Shown piece after piece: positions 40,101 to 52,534 of a stretch of 64,000 nt of DNA (positions are counted from its first letter, which is position 1; each line of letters opens with the position of its first letter). The translations under genes were made by a program, and so were the position numbers. The notes under the pieces were generated by a model, which searched no databases, had not been told where the DNA came from, and worked only from the letters and a program-made list of their open reading frames with translations. This DNA comes from Mobula hypostoma (Eukaryota). The stretch lies in contig NC_086097.1 of NCBI RefSeq assembly GCF_963921235.1, positions 233,804,001 through 233,868,000 of the forward strand. The letters run 5' to 3'.

Positions 40101-40885
40101 ATGGCCTAGAACATAATGACTTTTTTAGGTACCTTCAAATACGAAACTATGTTAACCAGAGTTGTAGATATACAGACCTATCAACAGTAGAATTAGAATT
40201 TTTCAAGATTCTGAATTCGGCTTGCAGTTCAATACCTAGTAAATCAGTTTCTCGCCTATATAATGCACTCTCCCATGCTAAAAATGTAAATACACTGTAT
40301 ATTAAAGAGAAGTGGGAGAAAGAAGTGGGGTTGGTACTTTCAGAGGAGGCTTGGGGGAAAATCTGCAGCTTTCAATGGTCCTCGACTAATTCTTTGACTT
40401 GGAGAGAACATTGTTGGAAAAACATTATAAGATACTTCAAGTCCCCATATCAGGAAAAATATAAAGATACAAATGTGATGTGTTGGAGAAGGTGTGGCTC
40501 CAAGGATGCGAATCATTTTCATATTTTCTGGGATTGCCCTAAATTAAGTCTATTTTGGGAAGGTATTCATAGAACATTAGTTAAGGTACTTAGGTCCCAG
40601 ATACCTCTGAACTTTGAGACGCTCTATTTGGGGCATGTATTGTTCCTTGAACAGAAGGAAGATATAAAGTTGCTGCAGGCCCTCTTAGCGGCAAGTAAGA
40701 AATCAATCACTAGAAAATGGCTAAATCCAATACCACCTACGTTAGAAGATTGGTACGAAATTATCTTGGAAATATTTAAAATGGAAAAGTTGACTTACTC
40801 CCTGAGAACTCAAAAAGAAACATTTTATCAAATCTGAAATAAATGGATTGAATATATAACCCCAATGCGAGCAAACTTTAGATGA
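37101..40885 (+). pseudogene. L1 ORF2p (APE endonuclease, RT, Cys knuckle) with two nonsense codons and one frameshift
   Basis: FLQETH, GGDFN, SRIDY, SDH; GTRQGCP, LFADD; CWRRC..HIFWDC; TAA 38085-38087, frameshift ~39340, TGA 40835-40837. Confidence 0.95.
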
Positions 40886-42064
40886 CTCTCCTAATGATTT
40901 ATATTGCTCTTCTCATCAACACAGTAATATTGCTAACGTAAACACCCTTAGTCTAAATGTTTGTTTTTTTTTTTGGAAAATAGAGAATTAACACAAGTAA
41001 CGGGAAAGATTTGGGAAAGGGATAAAAAAAATGAAAAAATTAAGTAAATAAGTACATAGGGATTGGATAATTATGTCTGCGGGCAGGAACAAGCACGAAC
41101 AAATTGGGATATAAACACCTGCAATGGTTGGTATATAGGCTTGTATGCCACATTTTGGACCAGTGGAAATGGTCCAGAAGGGTTGTATGGAAACTATTAT
41201 TACCATTTTTCTTAACAATTAATTTCATTACTTAGCCTAATAGGTTAGATTTACCACAGTACATAATTATCTATTTAAATGTTTATTTTCCTTTTATATC
41301 ATCTCAATGTGTACTTAAGAATGTATAAATAATTGTAGTTTTATACATATAAAAAAATGGAAAAGGTTATATGTGTGAAAAAAGTACATGATAATTGTGA
41401 ATTCCTTATCCAAATAAAAATAAAATTAAAAAAAAAGAAAGAAATTAGTCCTTGTACCTGTCGTAAAGGGAGAGACCCTCCAATCTGATGCCATCACTGA
41501 TGACAGGTCTTAGTTATGTTTTGGTGGGACTTGTGCTGGTCTAAAGAGGAAAGGAAATCCTCTTTATGTCACTATCTGTGGCTGCTTTATACTTGGGCAA
41601 TGGATTTGTTGTGCTTTTTTTTTCCTTTGAGCTCGACAGCAAGGCAATCTCCATTTGAAAATCATGAGTGGAAGTTGTTTTGCAGTAATATTTAGTAATT
41701 TGATTCAATGCAGTATTGCTTTTATCAGTATTTGAGAGTGATTTCAATTATTTTAAGTTTATAAAACACAGTAAGAAGATCTCTATTTTTTCAACAATCC
41801 CAAATGATAAGCATAATAACAGAAGAAACAGATCATTCAGTAAGATCATGGCAGATTAACAAGATGGTCTTACATTGTTCTTTATGGGTTTTGTTCGGCA
41901 TAACTTGATTTTATACAATAGCAGCTATAATTCAGAAGTATTTATTCAGCTCAAAGTTGTTTTGGAATGACCTGCATATTTAGAGTGAAGTAGAAACATA
42001 GGACCAGCACATATTTAACTAAATCAAGGGGAGAGGTTCACTCCATTGGAGCAATACTCCGCAG

Positions 42065-43215
42065 CAAAGTTCAAAAGTTCGAAGAAAATTTATTATCAAA
42101 TTACATATATGCCACCATATACATCGCAGAGATTCATTTTCTTGTGGGCATTCACAGTAAATACAAGAAACATGATAGTATTAATGAAAGACCACCCCAA
42201 AAAAGGCAAACAGACAGCCAGTGTGCAAAAGATGACAAACTGTGCAAATACAAAAAGAAAGAAAACAATGAAATAATAATAATAAATAAATTAACAATAA
42301 ATATTGAGAACATGAAACGAAGAGTCCTTGAAAGTGAGCCCATATGTTGTGGGAACAGTTCAGTGTTAGAACAAGTGAAATTATGCCCTCTGGTTCAAGG
42401 TCCTGATGGCTCAGGGCTAATAACTGTTCTTGAACGTTGGTAGTATGAGTCCTGAGACTCCTGTACCGTCTTCCTGATGGTAACAATGAGAAAATAACAT
42501 GGCTTGGATGGTGGGGGACCTTGATGAGGGACATTGCTTTCCTGCTACAACACTTCATGTAGATGGGCTCAACTCCAGGGAGGTCTTTATTTATGATGGT
42601 CTGCACTGCATCCATTACTTTTTGTGGGCTTTTCCATTAAAGGGCATTGGTTTTTCCCCTGATGCGACCAATCAATATATTTTCCACTGCACATCTATAC
42701 AAGTTTGTCAAAGTCTTAGATGACATGCCAAATCTTCACAAACTTCTAACCATGTGGGGGCACTGCTGTGTTTTCTGTGTAATGGCACTTACGCGCTGAA
42801 CCCAGGACGGATCCTCGGAAATGAAAACACCGAGAAATTTAAAGTTGCTGACCTTCTCCACATCAGAACCCTCAATAAATACTGCCTCTTGGACCGCAGG
42901 TTTCCTCCTGAAGTCAATAATCAGCTCCTTGGACCTGATGACATTAATGAGAGGTTGTTGTGGCACCACACAGCCAGATTTTTGATCTCCCTCCTATATA
43001 CGGATTTGTCACCACCATTGATTTTAAAGACAGTGGCGCTATCAGCAAAATTAAATATGGCATTGGAGCTGTCTGCTGGTGAGGACATCAAGGATCCATT
43101 TGGGTCTTGAATTTTCTTGATTAGGTTGAGGGGGTGATCGTATTGAGTGCTGAGCTGTAGTCAATGAAGAGCAGCCTGGTGTATGCATCTTCCCTTTCCA
43201 GATGTTCCAGGGTTG
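42065..43215 (-). mobile_element. Decayed Rex1/Babar-like LINE 3' part
   Basis: KELIIDFRRK, FKFLGV and LLPSGRRYRSLRTHT on minus. Confidence 0.85.
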
Positions 43216-43666
43216 CAATAGTGCCCATTGCTCTGACTCCAGGGAGAGTGAGTTACTCCCTCACTCCTTCATTTAAATATACTCATCCTATTTAACAGAG
43301 ACACCTACTTTATCCAGGCAGCAAATCAGTTCTGCTTTTCCCTTAGTGCAGACTTACCATTATGTCAGCCATTGAGAAGTAGCAGAGCTAACTAGTTTAA
43401 GATAACCTGGAGTCAAGAACTGTAGATTTTATTGACCTCTTCTATCACCTGTACTTACACAAGCATTACAGGATACAATAAAACTCTCTTCATTCTCCTG
43501 GTCTGGCTGAATTGACAATGATATAAAAGATAGGTTTAACCCTTATCATTATAGAGGAATGACCTTAGAGTTTGTAATGGTCAAAATATTGCATGTTCAT
43601 ACAGCTTCCAAAACTCAATAATTATTTTATGAATAGAGGATATATGAGAATGATTGCAAGTCCAGA

Positions 43667-45063
43667 ATCAGAATCAGGTTTATTATCACCGGCATGTGAC
43701 ATGAAATTTGTTAACTTAGAAGCAGCAGTTCAATGCAATACATAATCTAGCAGAGAAAAAAATAGAAATAAAATAAATAAAATAAAAAAATAATAATAAT
43801 AAACAAGTAAATCAATTACGTACATTGAATAGACTTTAAAAAGTGCAAAAACAGAAATACTGTACATTTAAAAAAAAAAGTGGGGTAGTGTCCAAAGCTT
43901 TAATGTCTATTTAGGAATCAGATGGCAGAGGGGAAGAAGCTATTCCTGAATTGCTGAGCATGTGCCTTCAGGCTTCTGTACCTGCTACCTGATGGTAACA
44001 GTGAGAAAAGGGCATGCCCTGGGTGCTGGAGGTCCTTAATAATGGATGCTGCCTTTCTGAGACACTGCTCCCTGAAGATGTCCTGAGTACTTTGTAGGCT
44101 AGTGCTCAAGATGGAGCTGCCTAGATTTACAATCTCCTGCAGCTTCTTTTGGTCCTGTGCAGTGGCCCCTCCATACCAGACAGTGATGCAGCCTGTCAGA
44201 ATGCTCTCCGCAGTACAACTGCAGAAGTTTTACAGTGTATTTGTTGACATGCCAAATCTATTCAAACTCCTAATAAAGTATAGCCACTGCCTTGCCTTCT
44301 TTATAACTACATCGATATGTTGGGACCAGGTTAGATCCTCAGAGATCTTGACACCCAGGAACTTGAAGCTGCTCACTCTCTCCACTCCTGATCCCTTTAT
44401 GAGGATTAGAATGTGTTCCTTCATCCTACCCTTCCTGAAGTCCACAATCAGCTCTCTTGTCTTGCTAACGTTGAGTGCCAGGTTGTTGCTGCGGCACCAC
44501 TCCACGAGTTGGCATATCTCACTCCTGTACGCCCTCTCATCACCACCGGTGGTTGTATCATCAGCAAATTTATAGATGGTATTTGAGCTATGCCTAACCA
44601 CACAGTCATGTGTATACAGAGAGTAGAGCAGTGGGCTAAGCACACACCCCTGAGGTGTGCCGGTGTTGATCGTCAGTGAGGAGAATACGTTATCACCAAT
44701 CCGCACAGACTGTGGTCTTCTGGTTAGGAAGTCGAGGATCCAATTGCAGAGGGAGGTACAGAGGCCCAGGCTCTGCAACTTCTCAATCAGGATTGTGGGA
44801 ATGATGGTATTAAATGCTGAGCTATCGTCGATGAACAGCATTCTGATGTAAGTGTCTGTGTTGTCCAGGTGGTCTAAAGCTGTGTGGAGAGCCATTGAGA
44901 TTGCATCTGCCATTGACCTATTGTGATGATGGGCAAATTGCAATGGGTCCAGGTCCTTGCTGAGGCAGGAGTTCAGTCTAGTCATTAGCAACCTCTCAAA
45001 GCATTTCATCACTGTCACTGTGAGTGCTGCTGGGCGATAGTCATTAAGGCAGCTCACATTATT
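43667..45063 (-). mobile_element. Rex1/Babar-like LINE (RT to 3' end)
   Basis: 275-aa ORF with [36 protein letters not shown] and KFADDTT; (AGAATC)n tail; closely related to 62795-64000. Confidence 0.94.
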
Positions 45064-46369
45064 CGAAACTAATCAAAACGTCCAGATGTTCTCCATTTTT
45101 TCCATTTTCCTGAAACTGGAGATTAGATTGTAGCGCAGTGTGTTTTCCAAGTTACCTAATGCATTCTATCACATTGTGTAAACGTTATGGCTGGTTTCAC
45201 TGATGACTTGGTTTATCAATTTTGCTGACATTAACAGCTGTCTGATGAGAACCAAATGCATGATGTAGTCATTTATGGAGTATTTAAAAGACATTGAAAT
45301 CACTTCCTGTTTTGTTTCTGAACATAGATGACCTGATTAGATTCTATTGATCCAATGTTCTTTGCATTTAATTTTATTTTTCTTCTGTGACTGCGGTTAG
45401 AATTATATGGAGTCATCATTAGTTATTGCCTATTTAAAAAGTATCTTCAGAATTATTTTAAGACACAGCCTTTACCTCTTTTTGGCTATTTTTTTCAACT
45501 TAATAAAAAAAATTAAGCTACTTAAGTGTTTGAATCTGAAACTATTTTTTGAAAAAAATTTATGATACTGCGACTACTGTGAGTAAAGCATGCTCTTCTG
45601 ACCAGACATAAAGCACCAGTCTTTATTTATAAATGAACAGAAAAGAAACGTTCATAGTTAAGGAAAATTATAAGGAGTGCTTTAACAGGTTGAAACTTGC
45701 TTTATTGATCAGATCAAATCAAATTTAATTATTTTTAAACCATATATAGATGCAGTCAAACGAAACAGCATTCCTCTGGGACCAAGATGTAAAACATATG
45801 CAGCACATTCAAAGTAGCGAGAAAAGAACTATAGTCATGCAAAAAAAACTGATAATGCTGGGTTATCGATAATGATAAGTTGTAACTGGACATCATTGTC
45901 TTTATATTACACACCAATGTGTTTTGTTATTAGTCTGAAAAAAATGTTTTCATTTTGATAGTCTCTGGTGACAAATTTAGTGTAATCCAGATGGATTGTA
46001 CATGCAGGCAGGCTGTCAATCTCGTGCTTCTCGTTTAGAGCAATTTCAACACTTCAAGAAGGAGGTTGGAATGCTTTAGTCAAAGCTGAAAAAGTGGGAA
46101 ACTGAGAATAACTGGGAAAACCACAAAGTGGCGAAGTGACTGCAAAATTGGGACCATGTTTAGAGGCAGAGAAATTGAGCTATCCATGGGAACGAGTTAG
46201 TTAAAAAGAAACAAGTTCCTGTCACGTCACTACAGGAAGGATGTGGATTCTATAGAAAGCATGCAGAGGAGGTTTACAAGGATGTTGCCTGGATTGGAGA
46301 GCATGAATATGCAAAATCCAACACAATCTTCTTGAATTATGTGTTGAAAGCTATGGCAAGATACAACAG

Positions 46370-46866
46370 AGAACACAGAACATAGAAATCTACAGCACAT
46401 TACAAGCCCTTTGGTCCACAATGTTGTGCCAACCATGTAACCTATTGTAGCAGCTGTTTAGAATTTCCCTACTGCATTGCCCTCTAATTTTCTAATCTCC
46501 ATGTACCTATCCAAGAGTCTCTTAAAAGACCCTATCGTATCCGCTGTCACCGCCGCCGCTAGCAGTACATTCCACGCGCTCACCACTCTCTGTGTGAAAA
46601 ACTTACCCCCGACATCCCCTCAGAACCTACTTCCAAGCACCTTAAAATTATGCCCCCTTTTGTTAGTCATTTCAGCCCTGGGAAAAAGCCTCCGGCTATC
46701 CACATAATCAATGCCTTCCACCGTCTTATATATCTCCATCAGGAGAAAAGGCCAAGTTCACTCGCTCTATTCTCATAAGGCATGCTCTCCAATCCAGGCA
46801 ACACCCTTGTAAATCTCCTCTGCATTCTTTCTATGGTATCCACATCCTTCCTGTAGTAAGGTGAAC
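46370..46866 (-). mobile_element. CR1 3' end; a ~77-bp inverted copy of its distal part lies at 46229-46305
   Basis: CR1 tail AGAACATAGAAA; 46229-46305 is the reverse complement of 46781-46857 with a few mismatches. Confidence 0.8.
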
Positions 46867-47394
46867 AGAACAGATCAACGTCATATCAAATTGAAATACA
46901 GTACATACAACAGGTTGAAGTTGTGATATTTACCAATTAAGCACGTAGAAAATCTGAGGATAATTATATTTAAGTACAAATGATTCTTTAAAGATAAAAC
47001 TACACTCTAAAATCTTGTCTGTACTCACAGATTAATTTCACATTTAATTAATGTTGGAAACCTTAAAAACAAATCATTCTGTCAGACCTTCCTTCATCTT
47101 TTTAATTCAATTTTTATTCCATCTTTTATTTTGCTTTTGATACTTAATTTAAAACTAATTAAATTTTCATGGTCTATAATTCCTGTCTCAGACTCTCGTG
47201 TGACTTAGACCTGCCAACATTGTATTCAGGAAATGAGGGATGGATTAATGTATTTGTTGCTCCTGTTGCTATTTCCTTCTTTCTCCACCCCTTCTGCCCT
47301 CCCTTCTTTCTGCCCTAGCTTCTTTCTCCCTTCATTAACCTTCTGTCCTTCATCCCTTACTCCTTCCTTCCGATAAGTTTTGTTTTGTTTGTTT

Positions 47395-47583
47395 AGAGTG
47401 GAGAGAATGCCAGGCAGGATGTTGGATTGCCCCTCTTGCAGGATGTGGGAAGTCAGGGAGACCGCCAGTGTCCCTGACAACGACACCTGCAAGAAATGCA
47501 TCCAGCTGCAGCTCCTAACAAACTGCGTTAGGGAACTGGAGCAGGAGCTGGATGACCTCCAGATCATTCGGGAGAATGAGGAG
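47395..47583 (+). mobile_element. CR1 ORF1 N-terminal fragment (zinc finger, leucine zipper)
   Basis: CPSCRMWE..CKKCIQLQLLTNCVRELEQELDDL. Confidence 0.8.
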
Positions 47584-48853
47584 CTGCCCCGGCCTATGGT
47601 TAGGCCGCACTTAGATCCCCTCCAGTTCACCTACCAGCCTTGACTAGGAGTGAGGATGCCATCGTCTCCCTGCTGAACCGTGTCTACGCCCACCTGGACA
47701 AGCCAGCGAGCACTGTGAGGGTCATGTTTTTTGATTTCTCCAGTGCGTTCAACACCATCCGCCCTGCTCTGCTGGGGGAGAAGCTGACAGCGATGCAGGT
47801 GGATGATTTCCTGGTGTCATGGATTCTTGATTACCTGACAGGCAGACCACAGTACGTGTGCTTGCAACACTGTGTGTCCAACAGAGTGATCAGCAGCACT
47901 GGGGCTCCACAGGGGACTGTCTTGTCTCCCTTTCTCTTCACCATTTACACCTCAGACTTCAACGACTGCACAGCATCTTGTCATCTTCAAAAGTTTTCTG
48001 ATGACTCTGTCATAGTTGGATGCATCAGCAAGGGAGATGAGGCTGAGGACAGGGCTATGGTAGGAAACTTTGTCACATGGTGTGAGCAAAATTATCTGCA
48101 GCTGAACGTGAAAAAGACTAAGGAGCTGGTGGTGGACCTGAGGAGGGCCAAGGCACCGGTGACCCCTGTTTCCATCCAGGGGATCAGTGTGGACATGGTG
48201 GAGGATTACAAATACCTGGGGATACGAATTGACAATAAGCTGGACTGGTCAAAGAACACTGAGGCTGTCTACAAGAAGGGTCAGAGCCATCTCTATTTCC
48301 TGAGGAGACTGAGGTCCTTTAACATCTGTCGAATGATGCTGAGGATGTTCTATGAGTCTATGGTGGCCAGAGCTATCATGTTTGCTGTTGTGTGCTGGGA
48401 CAGCAGGCTGAGGGGAGCAGACACCAACAGAATCAACAAACACATTCGTAAGGCCAGTGATGTTGTGGGGATGGAACTGGACTCTCTGACGGTGGTGTCT
48501 GAAAAGAGGATGCTGTCCAAGTTGCATGCAATCTCGGACAATGTCTCCCATCCACTACATAATGGACTGGTTGGGCACAGGAGTACATTCAGCCAGAGAC
48601 TCATTCCACCGAGATGCAACACAGAGTGTCGTAGGAAGTCATTCCTGCCTGTGGCCATCAAACTTTACAACTCCTCCCTTGGAGGGTCAGACACCCTGAG
48701 CCAATAGGCTGGTCCTAGACTTATTTCCTGGCATAATTTACATATTACTATTTAATTATTTATGGTTTTATTACTATTTAGTTATTTATGGTGCACCTGT
48801 GACAAAAAACAATTTCCCTCAGGATCAATAAAGTATGACTATGACTATGACTA
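47581..48853 (+). mobile_element. Rex1/Babar-like LINE, well preserved RT to 3' end
   Basis: 355-aa ORF with RVMFFDFSSAFNTI, TGAPQGTVLSP, KFSDDS, YKYLG and SFLPVAIKLYN; (ATGACT)n tail. Confidence 0.94.
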
Positions 48854-48854
48854 T

Positions 48855-49826
48855 CTGGTCCATGGGTTGAGGTTCTAAACTGAAAAAAGGCCAAATTTGA
48901 AGAAATGAGAAAGGATCTAAAAAGCGTGGATTGGGACAGGTTGTTCTCTGGCAAGGATGTGATTGGTAAGTGAGAGGCCTTCAAAGGAGAAATTTTGAGA
49001 GTGCAGAGTTCGTATGTTCCTGTCAGGATTAAAGGCAAAGTGAATAAGAATAAGGAAGTTTGGTTCTCAAGGGATATTGGAACTCTGATAAAGAAGAGAG
49101 AGATGTATAACATGTATAGGAAACAAGGAGCAAATAAGGTGCTTGAGGAGTATAAAAAATGCAAAAAAAATACTGAAGAAAGAAATCACGATGGGCAAAA
49201 GAAGGCATGAAGTTGCTTTGGCAGTCAAGGTGAAGGATAATCCAAAGATCTTCTACAGGTATATTAAGAGCAATAGGATAGTAAGGGATAAAATTGGTCC
49301 TCTTGAAGATCAGAGTGATCGGCTATGTATGGAACCAAAAGAAATGAGGGAGATCGTAAATGGTTTTTTTTTGCATCTGTATTTACCAAGGAAACTGGCA
49401 TGGAGTCAATGGAAATAAGGCAAACAAGTAGTGAGGTCATGGAACCTATACAGATTGAAGAGGATGAGGTGCTTACTATCTTGAGGCAAATCAGAGTAAA
49501 TAAATCCCCAGGACCTGATAGGGTATTCCCTCGGACCTTGAAGGAGACTAGTGTTGAAATTGCAGGGGCCCTGGCAGATATATTTAAAATGTCGGTATCT
49601 TGGGGTGAGGTGCTGGAGGATTGGAGAGTGGCTCACGTTGTTCCGTTGTTTAAAAAGGCTCTAAAAGTAAACCAGGAAATTATAGGCTGGTAAATTTGAC
49701 GTCGGTAGTAGGTATGTCATTGGAAGGAGTACTAAGAGATAGGAGCTACAAGTATTTGGATAGACAGGGACTTATTAGGGAGAGTCAACATGGCTTTGTG
49801 TGTGGTAGGTCATGTTTGACTAATCT
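48855..49826 (+). mobile_element. CR1 ORF2 internal fragment, same subfamily as 30321-33446
   Basis: Near-identical to the reverse complement of ~31560-32530 (YVPVRIKGKVN, KSPGPDRVFPRTLKE). Confidence 0.92.
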
Positions 49827-49972
49827 ACAATGCTTCATAGAGAGTGAAGAGCATGGCAAGGCACAGACGATGTCATTAACAAGAGAAAATCTGCAGATGC
49901 TGGAAATCCAAGCAACGCACACAAAATGTTGGAGCAACTCAGCAGGCCAGGCAGCATCAATTGAAAAAACTA

Positions 49973-50008
49973 CAGTCGACGTTTCGGGTCGAAACCCTTC
50001 AGCAGGAC
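49973..50008 (-). ncRNA. Minimal hammerhead motif, A6C variant core, stem I truncated
   Basis: Minus strand GUC-CUGCUGA-AGGGUUUCGACCC-GAAA-CGUC-GACUG within a pLTR fragment (~49878-50008). Confidence 0.65.
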
Positions 50009-50637
50009 ATGGTCATTTTACTGCAACCAAGTTTGTGACGACGACTTTGTACCACTGAATCTGGATGTCCAAGGTCGAGTGAGTAGAACTGCCCCAATGC
50101 GACAGCTTCTCTCCTTTAAAAACTCTCCTGTCATAGCAGGAAAAGACAGGCAACCAGCATCTTTTGGAATGAGATCCAAAACCTATGTCTATTCTCTAAA
50201 GTGGGTTCAAAGATACTTCTACAAAAAAGAGGAGTGGACTTATTCTTAGTGTCCTTGCCATGCAAACGTATAGACGTAGGTATAGGAGCTGGAGTTGGCC
50301 GCTTCACCTCTGAACCCGCTACTTAATAAAATCATGTTTGAAATGAATGTACACTCCAGATCTCTATCCATCCATGGCAACCTTTCCTATCAAGGATATA
50401 TCGATATCTACTATAAAAATAAACAAAATTTGTATCTACCATCATTTGTTAGAGTGTTCCAAAGATTCACAATTATCCAAGAGAAAAAGAATCATCCAAT
50501 CTCCATTCTAAAAGGGCAATGTCTTACTTTTAGAACACCAGGCCAAAGCTCTGGGCTTTTTTTCCTCAAAAGAAGCAACCTCGTCACCTACAACAAACAA
50601 AAGAAAATCTGCAGGTACTGGAAATCCAAGCCACACA

Positions 50638-50773
50638 CACAAAATGCTGGAGGAACTCAGCAGGCCAGGCAGCATCAATGGAAAAAAATACAGTCAACAT
50701 CTCACCCTGAAACATTGACTGTACTTTTTCCATAGATGCTGCCAGGCCTGCTGAGTTCCTCCAGCATTTTGTG
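50638..50773. repeat. Penelope pLTR-derived hairpin (~60-bp inverted arms)
   Basis: CACAAAATGCTGGAGGAACTCAGCAGGCC... / ...GGCCTGCTGAGTTCCTCCAGCATTTTGTG; nested in a decayed CR1 3' end. Confidence 0.85.
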
Positions 50774-51044
50774 GTTGAAGCTTCTTCACCTCCATCCTGT
50801 CAAGACTCCTCAAGATACAATGTTTCAGTCAGGTTGCCTCATAGTCTTCTAAACACTTCTGATATAATCTGAACCTGCATCCATTCCAGAAACCTTCCGG
50901 GTTTCACCCGGAGAGTGGCCCGTAAATGGAATGAGCTGTTACTGAAATGGTTTGCCAGATACATTAGCAATATTTAAAAAGTACTTTGACATGCATGGAC
51001 AGGAAAGGTTTAGAGGGATATGGGCTAAACATACAGTAGACACA

Positions 51045-51700
51045 TCAAAGTAAATTTATTATCAAAGTACATGTATGTCACCGTATACAACACTGAGATT
51101 TGTTTCCTTGTGGGCATCCACAGTAAATACAAAGAAAGACAATAGAAACAATGAAAAATACACACAACAATGCACACATACAAACAATGAGCAAAAGAAA
51201 ATAAACAGAGCAAATACAAACAGAAAACAATTAAATAAATAAATAAACAATAAATACCAAGAACATGAGATGAACAGTCCTTGAAAGTGAGTCCATAGGT
51301 TGTGGGAAGAGCTCAGTGTTGGAGTGAGTGAAGTTATCCCCTTTGGTTCAAGAGCCAGATTGTTGAGGGGTAATAAGTTCTTGAAACTGCTGGTGTGCAT
51401 ACCTCCTTCCTGATGGCAGCAACGAGAAGAGAGCATGATCTGGATGGTAGAGGTCCTTGATGGTGGACACTACCTTCTTGTGGCAGCACTCCATGTAGAT
51501 GTGCTCAATGGTGGGGAGGGTTTTCCCCGAGATGGACCAGGTTGTCTCTATTACATTTGTAGGCTTTTCCACTCAAGGGCATTACTGATTCCATGCCCGG
51601 CCGTGACGCAACCAGATTGTAGGTCTCCAACGCGCTTCTGTAGAATTTTTTAGAGGTTCTAGATGACATGCCAAATCTTCACAACTTCTAAGAAAGTAGA
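51045..51700 (-). mobile_element. Decayed Rex1/Babar-like 3' end
   Basis: IKDLYHPDHALFSLLPSGRRY on minus. Confidence 0.8.
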
Positions 51701-51892
51701 GATAAAATTATCTGGGTATTTGGGTCGGCATGGCCATTTGGAACAAACGGCCTGTTTCCATGCCATGTGACTCTATGACTCTATGATGAGTTTAGTGAAT
51801 CTTCTCTGAACTCCTTCCACTGCATCTCTGCTTTTCCTTAAGTAAACAGATCAATACTATACATTGTGCTTTTAGAAGTGGCCTATATAATA

Positions 51893-52464
51893 TATACTTG
51901 GGGTGTTTGGAGTGTCAGGGAGGGGTAGCACCTCCGGTGGGGGAACATGTCGCGTCCTTTTCAAGGCAGTTAGTCCACCTTTGGTCCTCACCTGGCACTC
52001 AGCTCTCACCTGTGGCTCCCCGTAGCTGTTTGCATGCGACAGTGGCCACACTCTGGGCAACAGCTTCGACAAGCAGGCTTAACCAGGTGAGGGTAGCCGA
52101 TGGGTCTCAAACCCTCGGTGAGATAGGGAGTTGTCTATCACCGCATGTGAAGACAGACTCCAGCGGATTGAGTGGACAAGACCAATGGAAGGTCCAACGG
52201 TCAAGAAGGCGGTCTCTGCAAGTGTCGTGGAACATGTAGAGCAGGACAAGACACAGAAGACGTCCTGGTAATCCACTGCGCCTAGTCCCATCTCCAGCCG
52301 TCTAGACTCTGTCTTGCCACTGGATCCAGGTGGGAATTGGGAAGAGAGTGAGGCTGACACTGCGCAACTCTCCCTCACTTAAATCCAAATCACACGCTAG
52401 TCTCGACACCATCATTATGGTGTCGAGGTCCTCATCGACGTCGACGATGGACGAACACACACAC
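51893..52464 (+). mobile_element. RTE-type non-autonomous retroposon (5'UTR plus 3' stem-loop and (CA)n tail)
   Basis: TSD ATATAATA (51885-51892, 52465-52472); 3' hairpin CTCGACACCAT/ATGGTGTCGAG; CA tail; RTE assignment by recognition. Confidence 0.7.
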
Positions 52465-52534
52465 ATATAATAGAAGCAATACCAGCGCAGTCAAAAACAA
52501 TGTTGCTCAGAGACGGCTACATGCAATCCATCAG

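Larger units (their letters stand above)
35616..41440 (+). mobile_element. Full-length L1-clade LINE (5.8 kb)
   Basis: Perfect 15-bp TSD GAAATTAGTCCTTGT (35601-35615, 41441-41455); short 5'UTR, ORF1, 362-bp spacer, ORF2, 3'UTR, AATAAA and A-tail. Confidence 0.97.
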
